A stretch of DNA of 64,000 nucleotides from Gracilinanus agilis (Eukaryota), in the NCBI RefSeq assembly GCF_016433145.1, contig NC_058134.1, positions 228,407,011 to 228,471,010 on the forward strand, written 5' to 3'. This document shows, piece after piece, positions 25,073-39,616 of this stretch. The notes below the pieces were generated by a model, which had not been told where the DNA came from, did not search any database, and was given only the letters and a program-made list of their open reading frames with translations. The translations under genes were made by a program, and so were the position numbers. Each line of letters starts with the position of its first letter. The first letter of the stretch is position 1.

Positions 25073-25073
<1 letters not shown>

Positions 25074-27775
25074 GGAAAAGAGACTAGAACTGGGATTTCA
25101 TTCATCGTGGGATTTCCTAGGTAAGGAAACTCTCTTTACCAACTTAATTTGGCACCTTGTCTGCAACTCCTAAAGTCTGGGGCATCTGCCTAGAACACTG
25201 AGAAATTATGCCTTGTACAGAGTCACACAATCAGTGTGTGTGTCAGAGAGCAGCTGTAAACCAAAGCCTTCCATCCTGGTTTTGAGGCCGACTCTATACA
25301 CTACACCCCATTGCCTCTCAGTCATAGTTAGACCAAACATTTCCATGTTTGCTTTGGAGTTTGATAGAGATGATTTATAGCTCTTCCCCTACCCCTTTGA
25401 AAATAAAGACCGGAGGGAAAGAGAGACCCTCTTAGTCCTGGCACATGACATGGCTCAGCACATGAGAGATCTAGCCACATTGCTGTTCTGGAATTCTCTG
25501 TCTGAATCCCCACCCCACCTTTTTTTTCTAGGGCTGCCATAGGGCCAACAGGAGGTCACAGTAGAACAATAAAGACCCCTGTGGACCCAAAGCTCACCAG
25601 GAACCATAGTCTTCTTCCTATGGAGTTCTCCAAGGATTCTCTCACATTCTTGTGTCAAAGGTTGAACCTTCATTCCTAATCATCATCAATTAATGATGAC
25701 AAAAGGGTCACTAGTTCCATGGGATTAATGTTTGAGTTTCAAAAGGAGCTGGAATGGCAAGCACTTGTTGGCTGCCCGTAGTCGGTAGTTCTCTGTCGAG
25801 TTGGTGGCATCTCCCAAGGGAACCAATGAATTCTCAGTTCCCATGCTCCAGATGGGAGAAAGGAAGAAGGACAATTTAATTGATGGCCTAGAGACCCGAG
25901 GATATGAGAGTAGGAGGAGAAGGGACTGTACATTGAAAAGGAGAAGGACTCAGGAGCAGGGATTTTCCTAGCAGCTGAAACAGAGATGTAGGTAAAGTTC
26001 TTAAAGAAAGAGATCCTGCCAACAGCTGGTTGTGGATTGGGTCTTTTATATTCTTGGTGGACAAGAAAAGGAGAAAGATAAATGAAGAAAGAGTAAAGAG
26101 AGGAGACTGAAAGAAAAAAAAGAAGTTAATGATAAACGGAGGGCGTAGAGGAGAAACCAGAGGAAGCAGGAGAGAAAAGAAGCATGAGGGAGGAAGAACT
26201 AAAAATATTGAAATTCCCAACCCCCTTTCATTTAAGAAAGAATAAGAAAGAAAGTGTTGGGAGTGGGTAGGTAGAAAAGGGAATGAACACCATAAAATAC
26301 AGAAGGGAAGACCACAGACAATGCAAGGGGAAAAAGAAAACTTGTAGAAGAAAGAATAAAATACCACAGGCATAAACTAGAAAAAGACAGAGCCAGAAAT
26401 AACACACCATCTTATAAAGAAAGGTTTCTCTTACAGAATAAAATCCGACATTTCCCAAAAGCATTAAAACATTATAGAAAAATTAGTTTAGGAGGAACGC
26501 AGCCATCAAGAGACTGAAGAACAGGGCAGCCAATAGAGAAAGAAAAGACCACAAGGAGAAAATAGAAAGATATAGACGTTAAACTTTCAGAGACAGCTGA
26601 TTCCAAAGTCATGTTATGGGGGGCAAAAAAGATACATAATAATGACTGTGTACATATACATATGTATATATGGGCATATATATGCATATGTATCTACACA
26701 GATCACACGCAAAATTATGTAAAATACATTTCATTGTATTTTATCTAAAGGTGGGTAACATCAAAATGACAGCCAGCTATCATTTTGTTGCATCTTCTTA
26801 CATTTTAAACCTATCGGAAAGAAAAGAGTAAAGAATTTGCTCTATTTCATACAACATAAACATCTGTGGTCAGTGGCCACATCAAACATAAGACTGAACA
26901 ATTCTGTACGGTTAAACTTTGGCATTATTACAAATGGGGGAGGGGAAAGTTTGGGGTGATTTGAAATATTACAAGAATTGGAGTTTCAGTTCACCAACAA
27001 CCCCAAGAGGCATTCAAGAAACCAGGTTACCCAAAGATTTACAACGTTACGGTGGCTTGGGGTGATATGATGGAGATCCTAGACTGTGATCCCCACCCTT
27101 CTTGGACACTTTCCCATAGTTTCTCCCTTCATTCAGGATGACATCTTCCTGGCATTGGGAGCATGGGGGCAGATCTCAGGCAGAAAAGCGTGTAACAGCT
27201 GAAACCAGATTGACTGTGACTTCATCTCATCCCCATCTGTTCTTCCCTCCTGACAGAGTTGATAATTTCCAGGGGTGCTCTAATCCAGGGGCTAGAGATT
27301 TCTTCATCAAGTCTCTCTGCACAAGAATTCTCTTCTTTGTAAGTCTCCATCCAACCCACCCCCAAATCTTTGAATCCATAATCCTCATTTCTCATCTGAT
27401 GTGTTCTAAGATTCTTGGGTCCAAGAATTATTGAAAGAAGCTGAATTTTAAACATGGTGACAAGGAAGCTCATTTCTCCCATTCTCACAGAAAAGTGAGC
27501 AGGCTTCTCTGGTGAGATACTTACCTAAGATCTCCTAGAATGAAGATGGAAGCTAGAAGTGGACCAGGCTTGCTTACTCATCTATGATTATGAGGCTTCC
27601 CTAATTTTTGCACTTGACTTCCATTCTTTGGTGCTTGACAAGGATACAGCCCATAATAATCATTTGTTTCTATGTTCCTTGCCTCTTAGCTCTGTGTCTC
27701 CTCCTCTTTCACCCATTCCTCCTACCCTCACCTCCACCTCTATTGTTTCTCTTTCCCCTCTCGTTCTTAAGAATG

Positions 27776-27930
27776 NNNNNNNNNNNNNNNNNNNNNNNNN
27801 NNNNNNNNNNNNNNNNNNNNNNNNNNNNNNNNNNNNNNNNNNNNNNNNNNNNNNNNNNNNNNNNNNNNNNNNNNNNNNNNNNNNNNNNNNNNNNNNNNNN
27901 NNNNNNNNNNNNNNNNNNNNNNNNNNNNNN
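27776..27930. other. Assembly gap (other gaps: 13076-13238, 15299-15581)
   Basis: N-runs. The exon chain stays in phase, so no constitutive exon appears lost. Confidence 0.99.
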
Positions 27931-28950
27931 CTTCTGTTTTAGAATCAATACTTTATATTGAGTCTAAAGCAGAAAAGTAGTAAGGGCCAGACAACCGGGG
28001 TTAAGTGACTTGCCCAGGGTCACACAGCTAGGAAGTACCTGAGGCCAGATTTGAACCCAAGGTGTTCTGTCTTTAGGTCTGGCTCTCAATCCACTATGCC
28101 ACCTGCCTAGCTGCCCCCAAAGGTGATTTCTTTAGAGCAGTCCCAAGCCCCTGGACAAGACATATTGATTAGATGCGGAACCTGTTTCACCAACTGTCAA
28201 AAGACAAGGCTGTCAATATCACTTATTGAGAATCTTTAAAAAAAAATCATCCTTTATATTTCCTTATTCCCTTATTGTTTGTTTATCTTGGGAAGGACAG
28301 GGGAAGCTCTCTGCACATCAGTAAGCAGCTCACCACCTTAGAGTATTACAGAGCATGGACAGGCAGGCTAAAATCACATCTCACAGGATCATAGATTTGG
28401 AGGTGGAAGGAGTCTTGAAGGTGAACTACTGTAATCCCTCCATTTTACAGATAAGGAAACTAAGGCCCACAGTCACCCAGAACCAGGATTCAAATCCATG
28501 TCACCTGTTTCCAAATCCAAAGTTCTTTCCTTGCGCCTTTGCCAAATCTATTCATCCTAAACAAGCATTGGTTATCTTGTGGAAGAACACATTGCTTTAA
28601 CAAAAGGACTGTAAGTCTTGAAGCTGACTTTTGGGGAGCTTTCTTTCCCATGTCTTGGCAGAACCACAGAGTGCTCAGGTCACTAGGCTTGCTAGGAGAA
28701 GGCTTATTTGGGGGGCAGCAGCTAATCACTATAGGTAGGGCTGATTAAGAACACATCCTAGAGGAATTACATTTCATTCCTTATTATTATTATTATTATT
28801 GCTATTCTTTTTGGAATTTAGTCCAACCTTTCTTAGTACGAAAGAGATGACCTTCTAAGGAAAGGAGAAAACGTGGTGTGAATTGTCTCCTCTAATGATT
28901 GCTGTCATCATCGTGAGCCCTAGGAAGAAACCTTCACGGTGGTTACTTAC

Positions 28951-29085
28951 TTCCTTCAAAGCAATACTCAATCACATAGCCATCTAATCCGGCAGCGCCG
29001 ATCTGGTCTGGGGGCCTCCATTTCATCGTCACAGTGCTATCGGTTACCGAGTCAACAGCCAGAAGAGTAGGGGGACTGGTCACAG
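28951..29085 (-). CDS. MYBPC1: MYBPC1 exon, Fn3 C7 first part: [44 protein letters not shown]
   Basis: cttttaaag|CTGTGAC...GAAGGAA|gtaagt; 135 nt. Confidence 0.96.
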
Positions 29086-32000
29086 CTTTAAAAGAGAAAG
29101 GACAGGGGGGAAGCCATGAAATGCGAGCTCCCAGAATCTCAAGATTGTCACAGAAGGGACTCAAGAAGTCGTCTGGTCTCCCTCTCCCATAGCTGAAAGG
29201 AATCCCCACTACCGCCTCAGCTTCTTCGGGGAGACTTGCAGAGGGGAACACCTTTAAAAACCATTTGGTACAAAATCTATTGTCATGCTTTTCTCCCTCT
29301 GAGGCTGACCATTCCTCTTGTGACAGCTATACTAGGGGGTTTTTAAAAACCCTTCTCGTCTGTCTTTAAATTTATATATAAATATATAATACATTTCATT
29401 TTTAGAATTATATTTTAATATATATATTTATTTTTATACATTATATATTTTACACATAAATATATATTTTATTTTTATAATCACATCTCAACACAATCAT
29501 TTATTATTTGTCATGTGGTAGAGATGATTATAATAAAATAAAGAATTATTAAATTAAAGAATTAATTTGCTATGAAATTCAGGGTTCCAAGGTAGAAGAG
29601 CAGTAAAGGGCAGGCAATTGGGGTTAAGTGACTTACTTAGGATCACATAGTTAGAAGGTTTCTGAGTTCAGATTTGAACCCAGGACTTCTCACCTCCACA
29701 GCTGGCTCTCCATTAAGCAACCTGGCCTCTGAATAGCAGTCATTGTTGGTAAAATTTCCCAACACCATACCTGAATCTGCCTCTTTGTAACTTCCACCTG
29801 GGGTCAAACAGAATAAATCTCACCCTACTTCCACATAAGGGACGTCCGAATACCTGTAGACAGGTATAGGCAACCATCATGTTTCCTGTCCACTTTTCAT
29901 TCCTTCCACCAAGTTGAAACATTCCAGGTTACTTCAACCAATCCTCAAAAGCCATGGAATGAAGACTTTTTTTTTTTTGCCATTCTGGGTGCCAGTGGGG
30001 ATTTTTTTTTCAAGTTTCTGTCTTTTCTAAACTGTAATGCCCAGGCCTGAACATAATACTCCAGATATAGTCTGCCATGGGACAGGGGATTATCATTTTC
30101 CAACTCATGGAAATAATGGTTCCTGTGAAATATAATTCTTAAAAGTCCCTACAAGGAATTGGCAAGCATACAGAGGGAAGTGAAGGCTCAGGGGAGGACA
30201 TGATTGCTGTATTCAAATATTTGAAAGGCTCTTATTCCAACAAGGAATCAGCCCTGTGCTGCTTAGCCCTGGAGGAAAGAATGGGTAGAAATTATAAGGA
30301 AGCAGATTCTAATTCAACTGAAGGAAGTCCATTGAATGGATTGCATTGGAAGTAAGTGAAGTCACGTCATCACTGTCTCTACCTTCTATTACAAGTCGGA
30401 TTTGAATCAGATGATCCATGAGATCTTTTCCAATTCTGAGCATTGATGGCCTTATTTGCCCTGGAGCTTTCTTGTCTCTCCAATTGCTCCTTTAATTAAT
30501 AAGAGAGCTAGATTCTAGAAGCTAAGAATTTTAGGGATAGTATGAAGACCTTAGTATGAAGAGATCCATGTAAAAACAATTTTCCTCACCAAAAGATCTA
30601 AGCTCCCCAAGAGGAAGGAAGCATATCATGTCATAGATTTCTTTTACATCTTCTACAGCTTTGGGCCCAGAAAAAATATACCTGTGTATTAAAGAATACT
30701 CTCTTTGATAAATTACAGTCTTACAGAGCTTCTTTCTCCAAAAAGAGGTTAAACAAAGTCTAGCACTCTATTTACTACACAACATTTCCTATCTATGACA
30801 ATAATAGCTGTTGCTTAAGTAGCAATTTATATATATATATATATATATGTGTACATATATATAATGTCTTTTGAATCTCACAAGAATCCTATGAAAAAGG
30901 AATAGAATATTTTACAATTATAGGAAATTTTATATTTTTAAATTTTTACACATGAAGAAACAGGCTTAGAGAGAGATGAGTTATGGTGACATGCTAAATA
31001 TCAAAGGTGGGTTCGAACCCAAGTCTCCCTAACTCCAAGTTTAGCTCTCTATCCACTACACAGTACTACCTTCTTTCAATGCTGAGTAAGTATTTGATAA
31101 ATCTGGAATTGAGCTAAATTTGAAGCATTTATTAATTGTCTGCCATGTTAACCACATTCTCCTCAGGAGGATTATTGTTTTTTGGGTGACAGACAATATT
31201 AATTCTTTCGAGACTGGTATTCCGTGGCGGATAGTCATAGAGAATTACTCAAAGAATACTGGAGTCCAACTATGGAGTTTCCACTGCCATGGATTAAAAA
31301 ATAATTATTATGAAAATCTTGGTAGCTTTTTTCCATGTTTCAGCTTGTCCTTCCTAGTTCACTCCTTGATGTTCTCAGAATGATCTGGTTTAATTATACT
31401 TAGATCTCTAATCAAACTTAGTACATTTGTCTTTCCTCCTACAGACCTACATCCATCTGCCTTAGTAAGATTTTACAAAGATGTTTAAATACTAAAGTGT
31501 CACTGTCACTTCTACATCTCTCTGCTTGGCAGAGATTATTTGTTGGCTGAAGTGGTTTCTGGCCTCTTTGACCTCCTTGTGGAGATTGATTCACATTAGT
31601 TAAATATCCTTAGAAAATGGTGACTTTTTTTGGGGAAAAAAACTATTTCCCATATTCAGTGTCAATAGATGGTTTAAATTGGTTGAGTTGGAGCTTTTCA
31701 AATTGCTTATGAAATCATCTCATTTCTATTTCTCTAATTTGGGATCAGTTTTAATTTTTGCTTAAATAAGTCAATGGTCTAAATTATGTTTTTATATTTA
31801 ATTAGTTGGTTTAATAATTGTAGATTTCTTAAGCCTATTTTTTATGCTTAATTGATCACAATCAATTAAATTTACATTATATTTTATATTTGAGTTTCTG
31901 AAGCCTCAGGGTAGCTGCATGCCTTTTTATATTTAATTGATTGTAATCAATCAAATTAAATTTATACTTAATTTTACATTTATGTGTGTGATATATTTTA

Positions 32001-32472
32001 TATGTACAATAAATATTATATTTTTAGTTAATTTACATTTTGATATTTTACTGAAAGGTTTAATAACTTGGAGATCCTCACTGTGGACATTTCCCAAAAC
32101 ATTTTCACTGAATGGCTTCTAAACTGGGGCATTGGCAGTATGTAATGATGGAAAGAATGTTCTCTTTCATTTCCTTATCCACAGTTGTCTGTTTCTTTTT
32201 TTGTCCAACATATAACACATATTGGATTGTCCACAAAGTAACAAGGCTGACTTTTCAAGGCATCCACCCTCTCTTAGTTAAATATAAAAATATGTTAAGC
32301 CATACCATTGAATTAAAGAATTAAAACTGATATCAAATTAGTAGAGAATTAAAAGAGATTGTAGCTCCAGCCTGAACATTGGATGCCATTGAGAGATCAG
32401 GGATATGTATAACAATGTAGAGAACGATGTTCGTTTGAATGGAATGCATGGTAGTAAAGACAATGTTATTTC

Positions 32473-32696
32473 TTTTTTTTTTTAATTTTTTTTTTAATTT
32501 ATTTTTTGCCTTTTTTTTTAAACCCTTAACTTCTTTGTATTGGCTCCTAGGTGAAAGAGTGGTATGGGTGGTCAATGGGGGGTCAAGTGACTTGCCCAGG
32601 GTCACACAGCTGGGAAGTGTCTGAGGCCGGATTTGAACCTAGGACCTCCTGTCTCTAGGCCTGACTCTCAATCCACTGAGCTACCCAGCTGCCCCA
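32473..32696 (-). mobile_element. Young SINE1_Mdo-type SINE
   Basis: Poly-T head on the plus strand; GTTATTTCTT repeated on both sides as TSD. Confidence 0.9.
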
Positions 32697-33738
32697 AAGT
32701 TATTTCTTAATCACCTTTATCATAAGATTACTGGGGTGCATCCAATAAGCTAATTTTAGTGGGGAAAAAAAGCCAAAATGAATAAGAAGAATGAATGAAG
32801 AATGGAAAAAAGAAGACAGATAAAATATTAAAGAATTGCTAGAACCCCTTCTCTCTTTCACATTCCGGTAACTGGAGAAAATAAAGCATCTGTCCCAGTG
32901 ACATACCTTGGAGGTCTCAGTGTCATCCCTTCCTAGTTAAGCCTAGTTCACTCAGTCATGGTGTTTTTCAGTCATGTCCAACTCTTCATGACTCCGTTTG
33001 TGGTTTTCTTGGCAAAGATACTGAAATGGTGTGCCAATTCTTTCTCCAGTTCATCTTATAGGTGAGGAAACTGGGCCAAATAGGGTTAAGTGACTTGCCC
33101 AGGGTCACACAACTAGTAAGAAGCCAGATGTGAACTCAGGAAGAGTCTTCCTGAATCCAAGCCCAGCATTCTACCCCCTGTACCACCGAGTTGCCCTTGC
33201 TCAGTAATAGCTGAACTCTTACAGAGGGCAACGAAAGAATGGTCTGGTGACTCATGGGGTACCTGACCTTTTCAGTGGGGTTATGGAAAATTATTAGACC
33301 TGCCTGATGGAGGCCATGTAATACTGTGGAAAGAATGTTGGAGCTAAGGTCAGGAGAGAGCTGGGTTTGAATCCTGTTTGCTATTCTCACTAGTAGTATG
33401 ATCATGGGTAAGTATTCAACTTTCTTAAACCTCAGCTTTTTCATTTGTAAAATGGGGATAATAATGCCTAAACTGGAGAGCCATCCTGAAGGAGATGCTC
33501 TCTGTGAAATCCTTTGTAAACCTGAAAGTCCTAAGTAAATGTAATCTGAGGTTATTATTCAAATCCATCCCAGCGTTCTTGATCACTCTGTTATAGACAT
33601 ATAGTTGGAAGTATTCTGTTATCCTGATTTTCTACTCCTCCTGTTTTATGAAGAAATCAGTATTTTGAGCAGCAGCTTCCATAGGTTAATTTTCCCACCA
33701 GGAGGTGATTCTCTCCACCAAGACAGGCCCCCTCTTTA

Positions 33739-33990
<252 letters not shown>

Positions 33991-33991
33991 T

Positions 33992-34184
33992 CAGTGGTTC
34001 CCAAACTTTTCTGGCCTACCGCCCCCTTTCCAGAAAAAAATATTACTTAGCCCCCTGGAAATTAATTTTTAAAAATTTTAATAGCAATTAATAAGAAAGA
34101 TAAATGCACCTGTGCCCATCACCTCCACCCTGGATTGCTGCAGCACCCACCAGGGGGCGGTAGTGCCCACTTTGGGAATTACTG
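33992..34184. mobile_element. hAT/Charlie-type MITE
   Basis: TIRs CAGTGGTTCCCAAA...TTTGGGAATTACTG; TSD TTCTAGAT/CTCTAGAG (NTCTAGAN target). Confidence 0.88.
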
Positions 34185-34787
34185 CTCTAGAGTAAGGCTA
34201 GGAGCAAAGGCAGCTTCCTGGAAGACAGTTTTGGTTTGTTTTTTTTTTTTTTCTACCAATGAACCACAGTGCTATGGGTCTTGTATTTTCAAGCTAGATG
34301 AACTGGAAACCAAATGAGTGTCCATCTATTGGGGAGAGGCTGAGCAAATCATGGTATATAAATGTAATGGAACATTATTGTGCCATGAGAAATTCAGAGA
34401 AGCTGTGAGGACTTGTATGAATTAATGCAAAGTGAGAAGAACCAAAACAATATACACAACTACAATAATTCAAATGAAAACAACACAATGAATAATCTTG
34501 GTGCCTGTTCATCCTCAGATAACAGTGACGCAATAGCACTGGGTCTATACTTAGAAATCTTTTCAGCTTGATGGGCTCTTCCATTCCATTGGCATGGCCT
34601 TTGAGGACCCAGAGTCACTTCTGTTCCATAATGAGGTACCAGAGCAATAGTCAGGGTGGACAACAGTGTTGTCTTACGTAACATCTTAGCTTCTAAGTGA
34701 TGCCTTTTAAATGCCACCGCTGATGGGATAACCAGAAGGAATACCCGGTTCTTGGATACTTCTATATATTTCTCACAACGCACTTAC

Positions 34788-34892
34788 CGAGGATAGGGGA
34801 CCCTCCATCGTTTGCTGGGGGTTCCCAGTTCATTATGCACCAGTCATCTCCCACATCTGACACATTGGGTGCTACTGGAGGATCGGGGATAT
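34788..34892 (-). CDS. MYBPC1: MYBPC1 exon, Fn3 C6 first part: [34 protein letters not shown](G)
   Basis: tatcatag|ATATCCC...ATCCTCG|gtaagt; 105 nt. Confidence 0.96.
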
Positions 34893-36179
34893 CTATGATA
34901 GAGAAAATGGAGAAAAATGTTAAGTTAAAAAGTCCAAAAAGAATTTTTTTCTATGAAAATCACACTAATAAGAAATGCTTTTTGGAGTATATTTCTCATA
35001 AGGATACCAAAGGAAAGGAATAAGCTAACTTCAGTAAAACTAAAAACCAGAGTAAACAGGAAGAGAGGGGAGGGGAGGGGAATAAAACTAGCAGTGGGGA
35101 GAGCACTTCCTCTCTTTCCCTTTGAGTCACTGGGGAAAATGGAGTATCTGCCAGAAGGGAAAAGGGTGCAGGTGACTGGTAAATGGAAAGAGAGCAAACA
35201 AGAAAAGGGAAGAAAAACTGCTGGCACTGAGAAAGGGGGAGGGAAGAAGAAGCAAGGAGAAGAAAAGGATCAAGGAGGGTTTGGGTTCTGGTTTTGTTTT
35301 CATCTTACATTGGGGAAATGGCATCTACGGCTTGGAAGACTCTATAGACATATTTGCTTCATCTGAGAAACTGGTGGATGAAGCGCTATATAGAGCCTTG
35401 AAGAGGGGAAGGGGGAAGGGAAGGAGAAGGGGAAGAGAGGGGGAGAGACAGAGAGACAGAGAGATGGAGAGACAGAGAGAGAAGGTAGGAGAGGAAGAAA
35501 GGGGAACATATGCAAGTGGTGGTGGTAGGTGATGGAGTTAAGAGGCCCTTCCCTCAAAGGGTTAAAATCAAGAGTAGAAATAAGTCAGGAAAACAAAGAA
35601 TTAATAAATCATCAGCCATTTTCTATTATTTTTAGGATCAGATGGAGATAAAATCAGAAGATGCATTAACTCTGAGCAGACAGATGATGGTTACTCTATG
35701 GTGAATAAATCCCTTCACCTTAACAAAACAGTCTGAAATAAAAATACTAAAGTTAACATTCTATGGAAAACAAGTCATTTGTTTAAGGTAGTGTTATTTT
35801 TATTAATCTTTAGACCTGTGCTTTCACTGTTGGAGAAATTCCCTCCACTGATATATATCGTAATTTCTTACTTTGTCTTCAAAAGCTGCCTAGAACACTG
35901 AATCGCTTCGTGACTTTCCCCAGGGTTACATGGTCAGTATTTGTCAGAGGTAGAACACGAATCCAGAACTTCTTGGTTACAAGGCTGGTTCTATATCCCT
36001 TATTGCAGTGGTGTCACATTTCTTAAAAAGAAGTGTGCCAAACAGCACTCTGCCTTTTCAGAATCACAATCTAGTTGCCTAAGACCCACTCAATGCCGGT
36101 GGATAGCTGTGTCCACCACAAATGTCTACCTTAGTCTCTGGTGGGTCCTGGAGGCTCCTCTCTTCCTGGGAGAACTTAC

Positions 36180-36339
36180 CAACCACCTTAATTTTGATGC
36201 TTGCATGTGCTTCTCCTGCTTCATTCTTGAGATTGATGTTGTAGACACCAGAGTCTTCCCTTTCTGCTACATCAATGACCAAAGTGCTACTATCGGGATA
36301 AGATTCTGCTCGTATCCGACCCCCACCCTCTGCAATAGC
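36180..36339 (-). CDS. MYBPC1: MYBPC1 exon, Ig C5 second half: [53 protein letters not shown](D)
   Basis: tcttcctag|GCTATTG...GTGGTTG|gtaagt; 160 nt. Confidence 0.96.
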
Positions 36340-37416
36340 CTAGGAAGAAAATGCAGAAACAAAATGGCAACTCTATGGAAGAGAAGGAGGACTCCACAGG
36401 CCTACATTGGATCAGGGATTCTTCTCCTGGGGGGTGGGGGGATTACATTTCTAGTTTCATTGAGCTCTAACAGAAAATTTACATTTCCTTTAGTTTCTTA
36501 AAAACATGATTGTAAGAAGGGTCCATAGACTTGACCAAACTGACTTCCAGAGGAGTCCTCAACACAAAGGAGTCAAGGTCTGGGAGGAGCTCAAGGACCA
36601 TCAGTTGGGAGTGTGGCCCTGCTTTTGAAAGTCAGGCAAAGAAAAGTTTGGTAGTCCCACCTAAAAGTTAAATGAAATAAAATCTGTTTTCTGTAGGATC
36701 TATGGCCGGAAGGGAATTAAAAGATCATCTGAGTCACAGTCCCAGAATCTCCACAAGAGAAGGGGCTTTAGAGACTTCCAGTATACAATGCTACAGGGGT
36801 TGGGGTTAATTTATCTCTAATGAGCCTATTCCTCCATGAGGAAAGAGCGGGTCATTTTCTTGTGGAATTAAATGAGGAATTCATCTTGATTGTAGTACCT
36901 TTAGCCTGACAGAGCAGATTTTCCTACAAAAGGTAAATCTTGACTGACCTACTCTCAACTCTCAGTAACCTAAGGAGTGAGGGATGCAGCAGCAAAGAAA
37001 ATCCACAGACAATCCATGGATAATTCAAGTTTCAGGAACAAAGTAGGTACTTGATAAATACTTGTTAACTGATTGTATTAAAATGAAATCACTCCCATTT
37101 TAAATTCATAATCTAAATTTTTTCTGCTTGCTATTTTTTGAAACCAGAACTACTAAAAATAACAAGATGATAAAACAGTAGAATCCTATCACTTTTCTCT
37201 TCCATGGACTACCTTACTTCCCCAGAAGAAATTAATCTATCATATACTGACTACTATATTTGAGGAGACACTGTTTCATTATGATTACTTATACACTGAC
37301 ATGAATTTGAAGGTAACTGGTTTCAAGGAAATTTCGTAGGTTGTATGGATATCAAATGGGAAATTCTTTAAAAAAAAAACAAAAACAACCACTTAGCTTT
37401 CAGAAATGGGAAATAC

Positions 37417-37550
37417 CTTATCTGCCCGGCTCCACATTGCCTTGGGGGCTGGCTCTCCACTGACTGGGATCTCCAGGCGAAGTTTACTTCCAGCAATGAC
37501 AGTGACAGTATTGTCAGCTTCTAGGCCATCCAGATAGATCTTAGGAGGAT
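37417..37550 (-). CDS. MYBPC1: MYBPC1 exon, Ig C5 first half: [44 protein letters not shown]
   Basis: tatattcag|ATCCTCC...GATAAG|gtattt; 134 nt. Confidence 0.96.
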
Positions 37551-37759
37551 CTGAATATAAAATACAGTTATTAATATCACATCTTCATTTGGACTAAGTG
37601 CTGTCTCTGAAGTCTGAGGACCTGGGGGTTCAAATTCATTGATATTTGTGACTGGTGTAACCCTGGACACCTCCTCACTTCAACTCCCCCAGTTTTTTCA
37701 TCCACGAAATGAAGGGGTCAGACTCAATGGCCTCTAAGATACTTACCAGCTCCAGATCA

Positions 37760-38230
37760 GTTGCTATTGTTTTTGCCAATTTTCACAACCTTATTGGGGT
37801 TTTTCTTGGCAGAAATACTGGAGTGGTTTGCCATTTCCTTCTCCAGCTCATTTTACAGAGGAGGAAACTGAGGCAAACAGGGTTAAGTGACTTGCCCAGG
37901 GTTACAGAGCTAGTGTCTAAGGTCGGATTTAAACTCAGGCCCTCCTAACCCTAGGGCTGGCACTCTATCCCTTGGGCCACCTAACTGCCTGACATTTAGT
38001 GGTTTGTTGTTGTTCATTCATTTCAGTCATGTCAACCCTTTGTGACACTATTTGGAGTTTTCTTGGCAAAGACAACGGAGTAGTTTATCATTTCCTTCTC
38101 CAGATAGTTTTACAGAGGAGGAAACTGAGGCCAACAGGGTCAAGTGACTTGCCCAGAGTTACACAGCTAGTAAGTGTTTAAAGTCAAATTTGAATTCAGT
38201 CCTCCTGATTCCAGGGCTGGCATTCCATCC
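37760..38230 (+). mobile_element. Two tandem MAR1 SINEs; others near 32945-33195 (+) and 43704-43985 (-)
   Basis: ttttcttggcaaagat...ctggagtggtttgccatttccttctccagctcattttacag followed by the CORE sequence. Confidence 0.8.
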
Positions 38231-39616
38231 CCTGCCCCACATCATGTAATGGGTTATGAGGAGCACTGGCAAATGGAATGCCCCTGATCCATCAGTATAT
38301 CATCTAATCCATGTGCTAAATGCTAAAGGCATTGTGCTAAGTGTCATCTGAGGTACAAAGATGAAAAAGACACGGTCCTCGGAAGAGCTCTAGATTAGCC
38401 CTGGGTCCAAAACCTAATTCAACCTTAGGTGCATTTTTCTTCTCTGAATTTCATTTTCCTTACCTGTAAAATGATGATATTCTATTAATGACTATCTTAT
38501 ATAATATGTAGTCACTGTGAGACTCAAAAGAGGTCCCAGATAATGATGGAGAGCAAACTGATGATGCCATTGGAGGGAGAAACAGAAGCCACATTGTCGT
38601 GAGAATATAATCCTGACCACCTTGGGAACGAGATCACAAGCCAGATTTGAAAGAATGGTTTTGTTGTGATGGAACGCTTTATGTGTCTTACCTTTTGCTG
38701 GTGTGCTCTCTCTGCTTAAAAAAAGAAAAGCAGCCAACAAATTATTGAGCCACTTTTGAGATATTTTTATTTATTAAGCTAGAGAAAGTGAAGTGGAAAA
38801 CTGGTGCTCTATAATTGATTCTGACCAACAGGTTGCTGAAGAAGAAGTAACCACTCGGATTTAGAAGGAAAGCTGGGTATAGACTGGTAAATATCCTTTG
38901 TACTGGGAGAGCAGAATTCAGAGAACTCAGATAAAGGATAGGTAGGATTGCTTTTTTTTTTTTTAATTGGTACATTTTCTACCTGTCCTCAACATTGAAT
39001 TTCTCCATCTTCATCACCATGGCACCATCTCTGCATTGCCCCTTCCCTTAGTGTATCTTGATCTCTTCCCTCTTTAGCTAAGAAGTGAAAGGTCTCCATC
39101 CTAGGAGACAAAAGCTATGGAAGGCATTTACCTGGTAGGTCTCCTCCAGAAAATTGTTGAAACATCAGTGTCATTTTTCAGTAAACTAAAGTGATAAAAA
39201 AAAACCTAGAAAAGGCAGAATTCTCAAATCTAATTTTGCTTCTGTTTTCTCTGCCCAGGAGGATGATTCTTGGACGGAAAAGAACATGATAGAAATAGTT
39301 AACAGGGATTTGAAACCCCAAATAAGGAAGCAGATAGTAAAAACACCTGTCTTTGATGAATTTGAATTTCCTGCCTCAGACAAACTACTTTCAAGAGATT
39401 GCCAGATGGGAAGAAGGGAGGAGCATAGAGGATGCCAGCTCCTCCTCCTGACCCTGTGGGTCCTATGGTGTGAAAGAAGCCGCAGTTAGCTTTGGAGAGG
39501 ATGCTAAGAGATGTGATGTCTTCAGAAGAAAGTAGGTGGAAGGAATGTGAGAAGAAGATATCCAGGATTGAGAAAAATTAATATTAAATTATATTATCAA
39601 TTTGTACTATTTCTAT

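Noticed and set aside
27525-27534. 10-nt microexon (cattctag|GAGATCTTAG|gtaagt), or a 28-nt form
   Set aside because: Good splice signals, but neither length keeps the frame and 10 nt is very short; no supporting evidence
35941-36501. 186-aa plus-strand ORF
   Set aside because: Antisense shadow of the C5 exon plus flanking intron; no homology recognised
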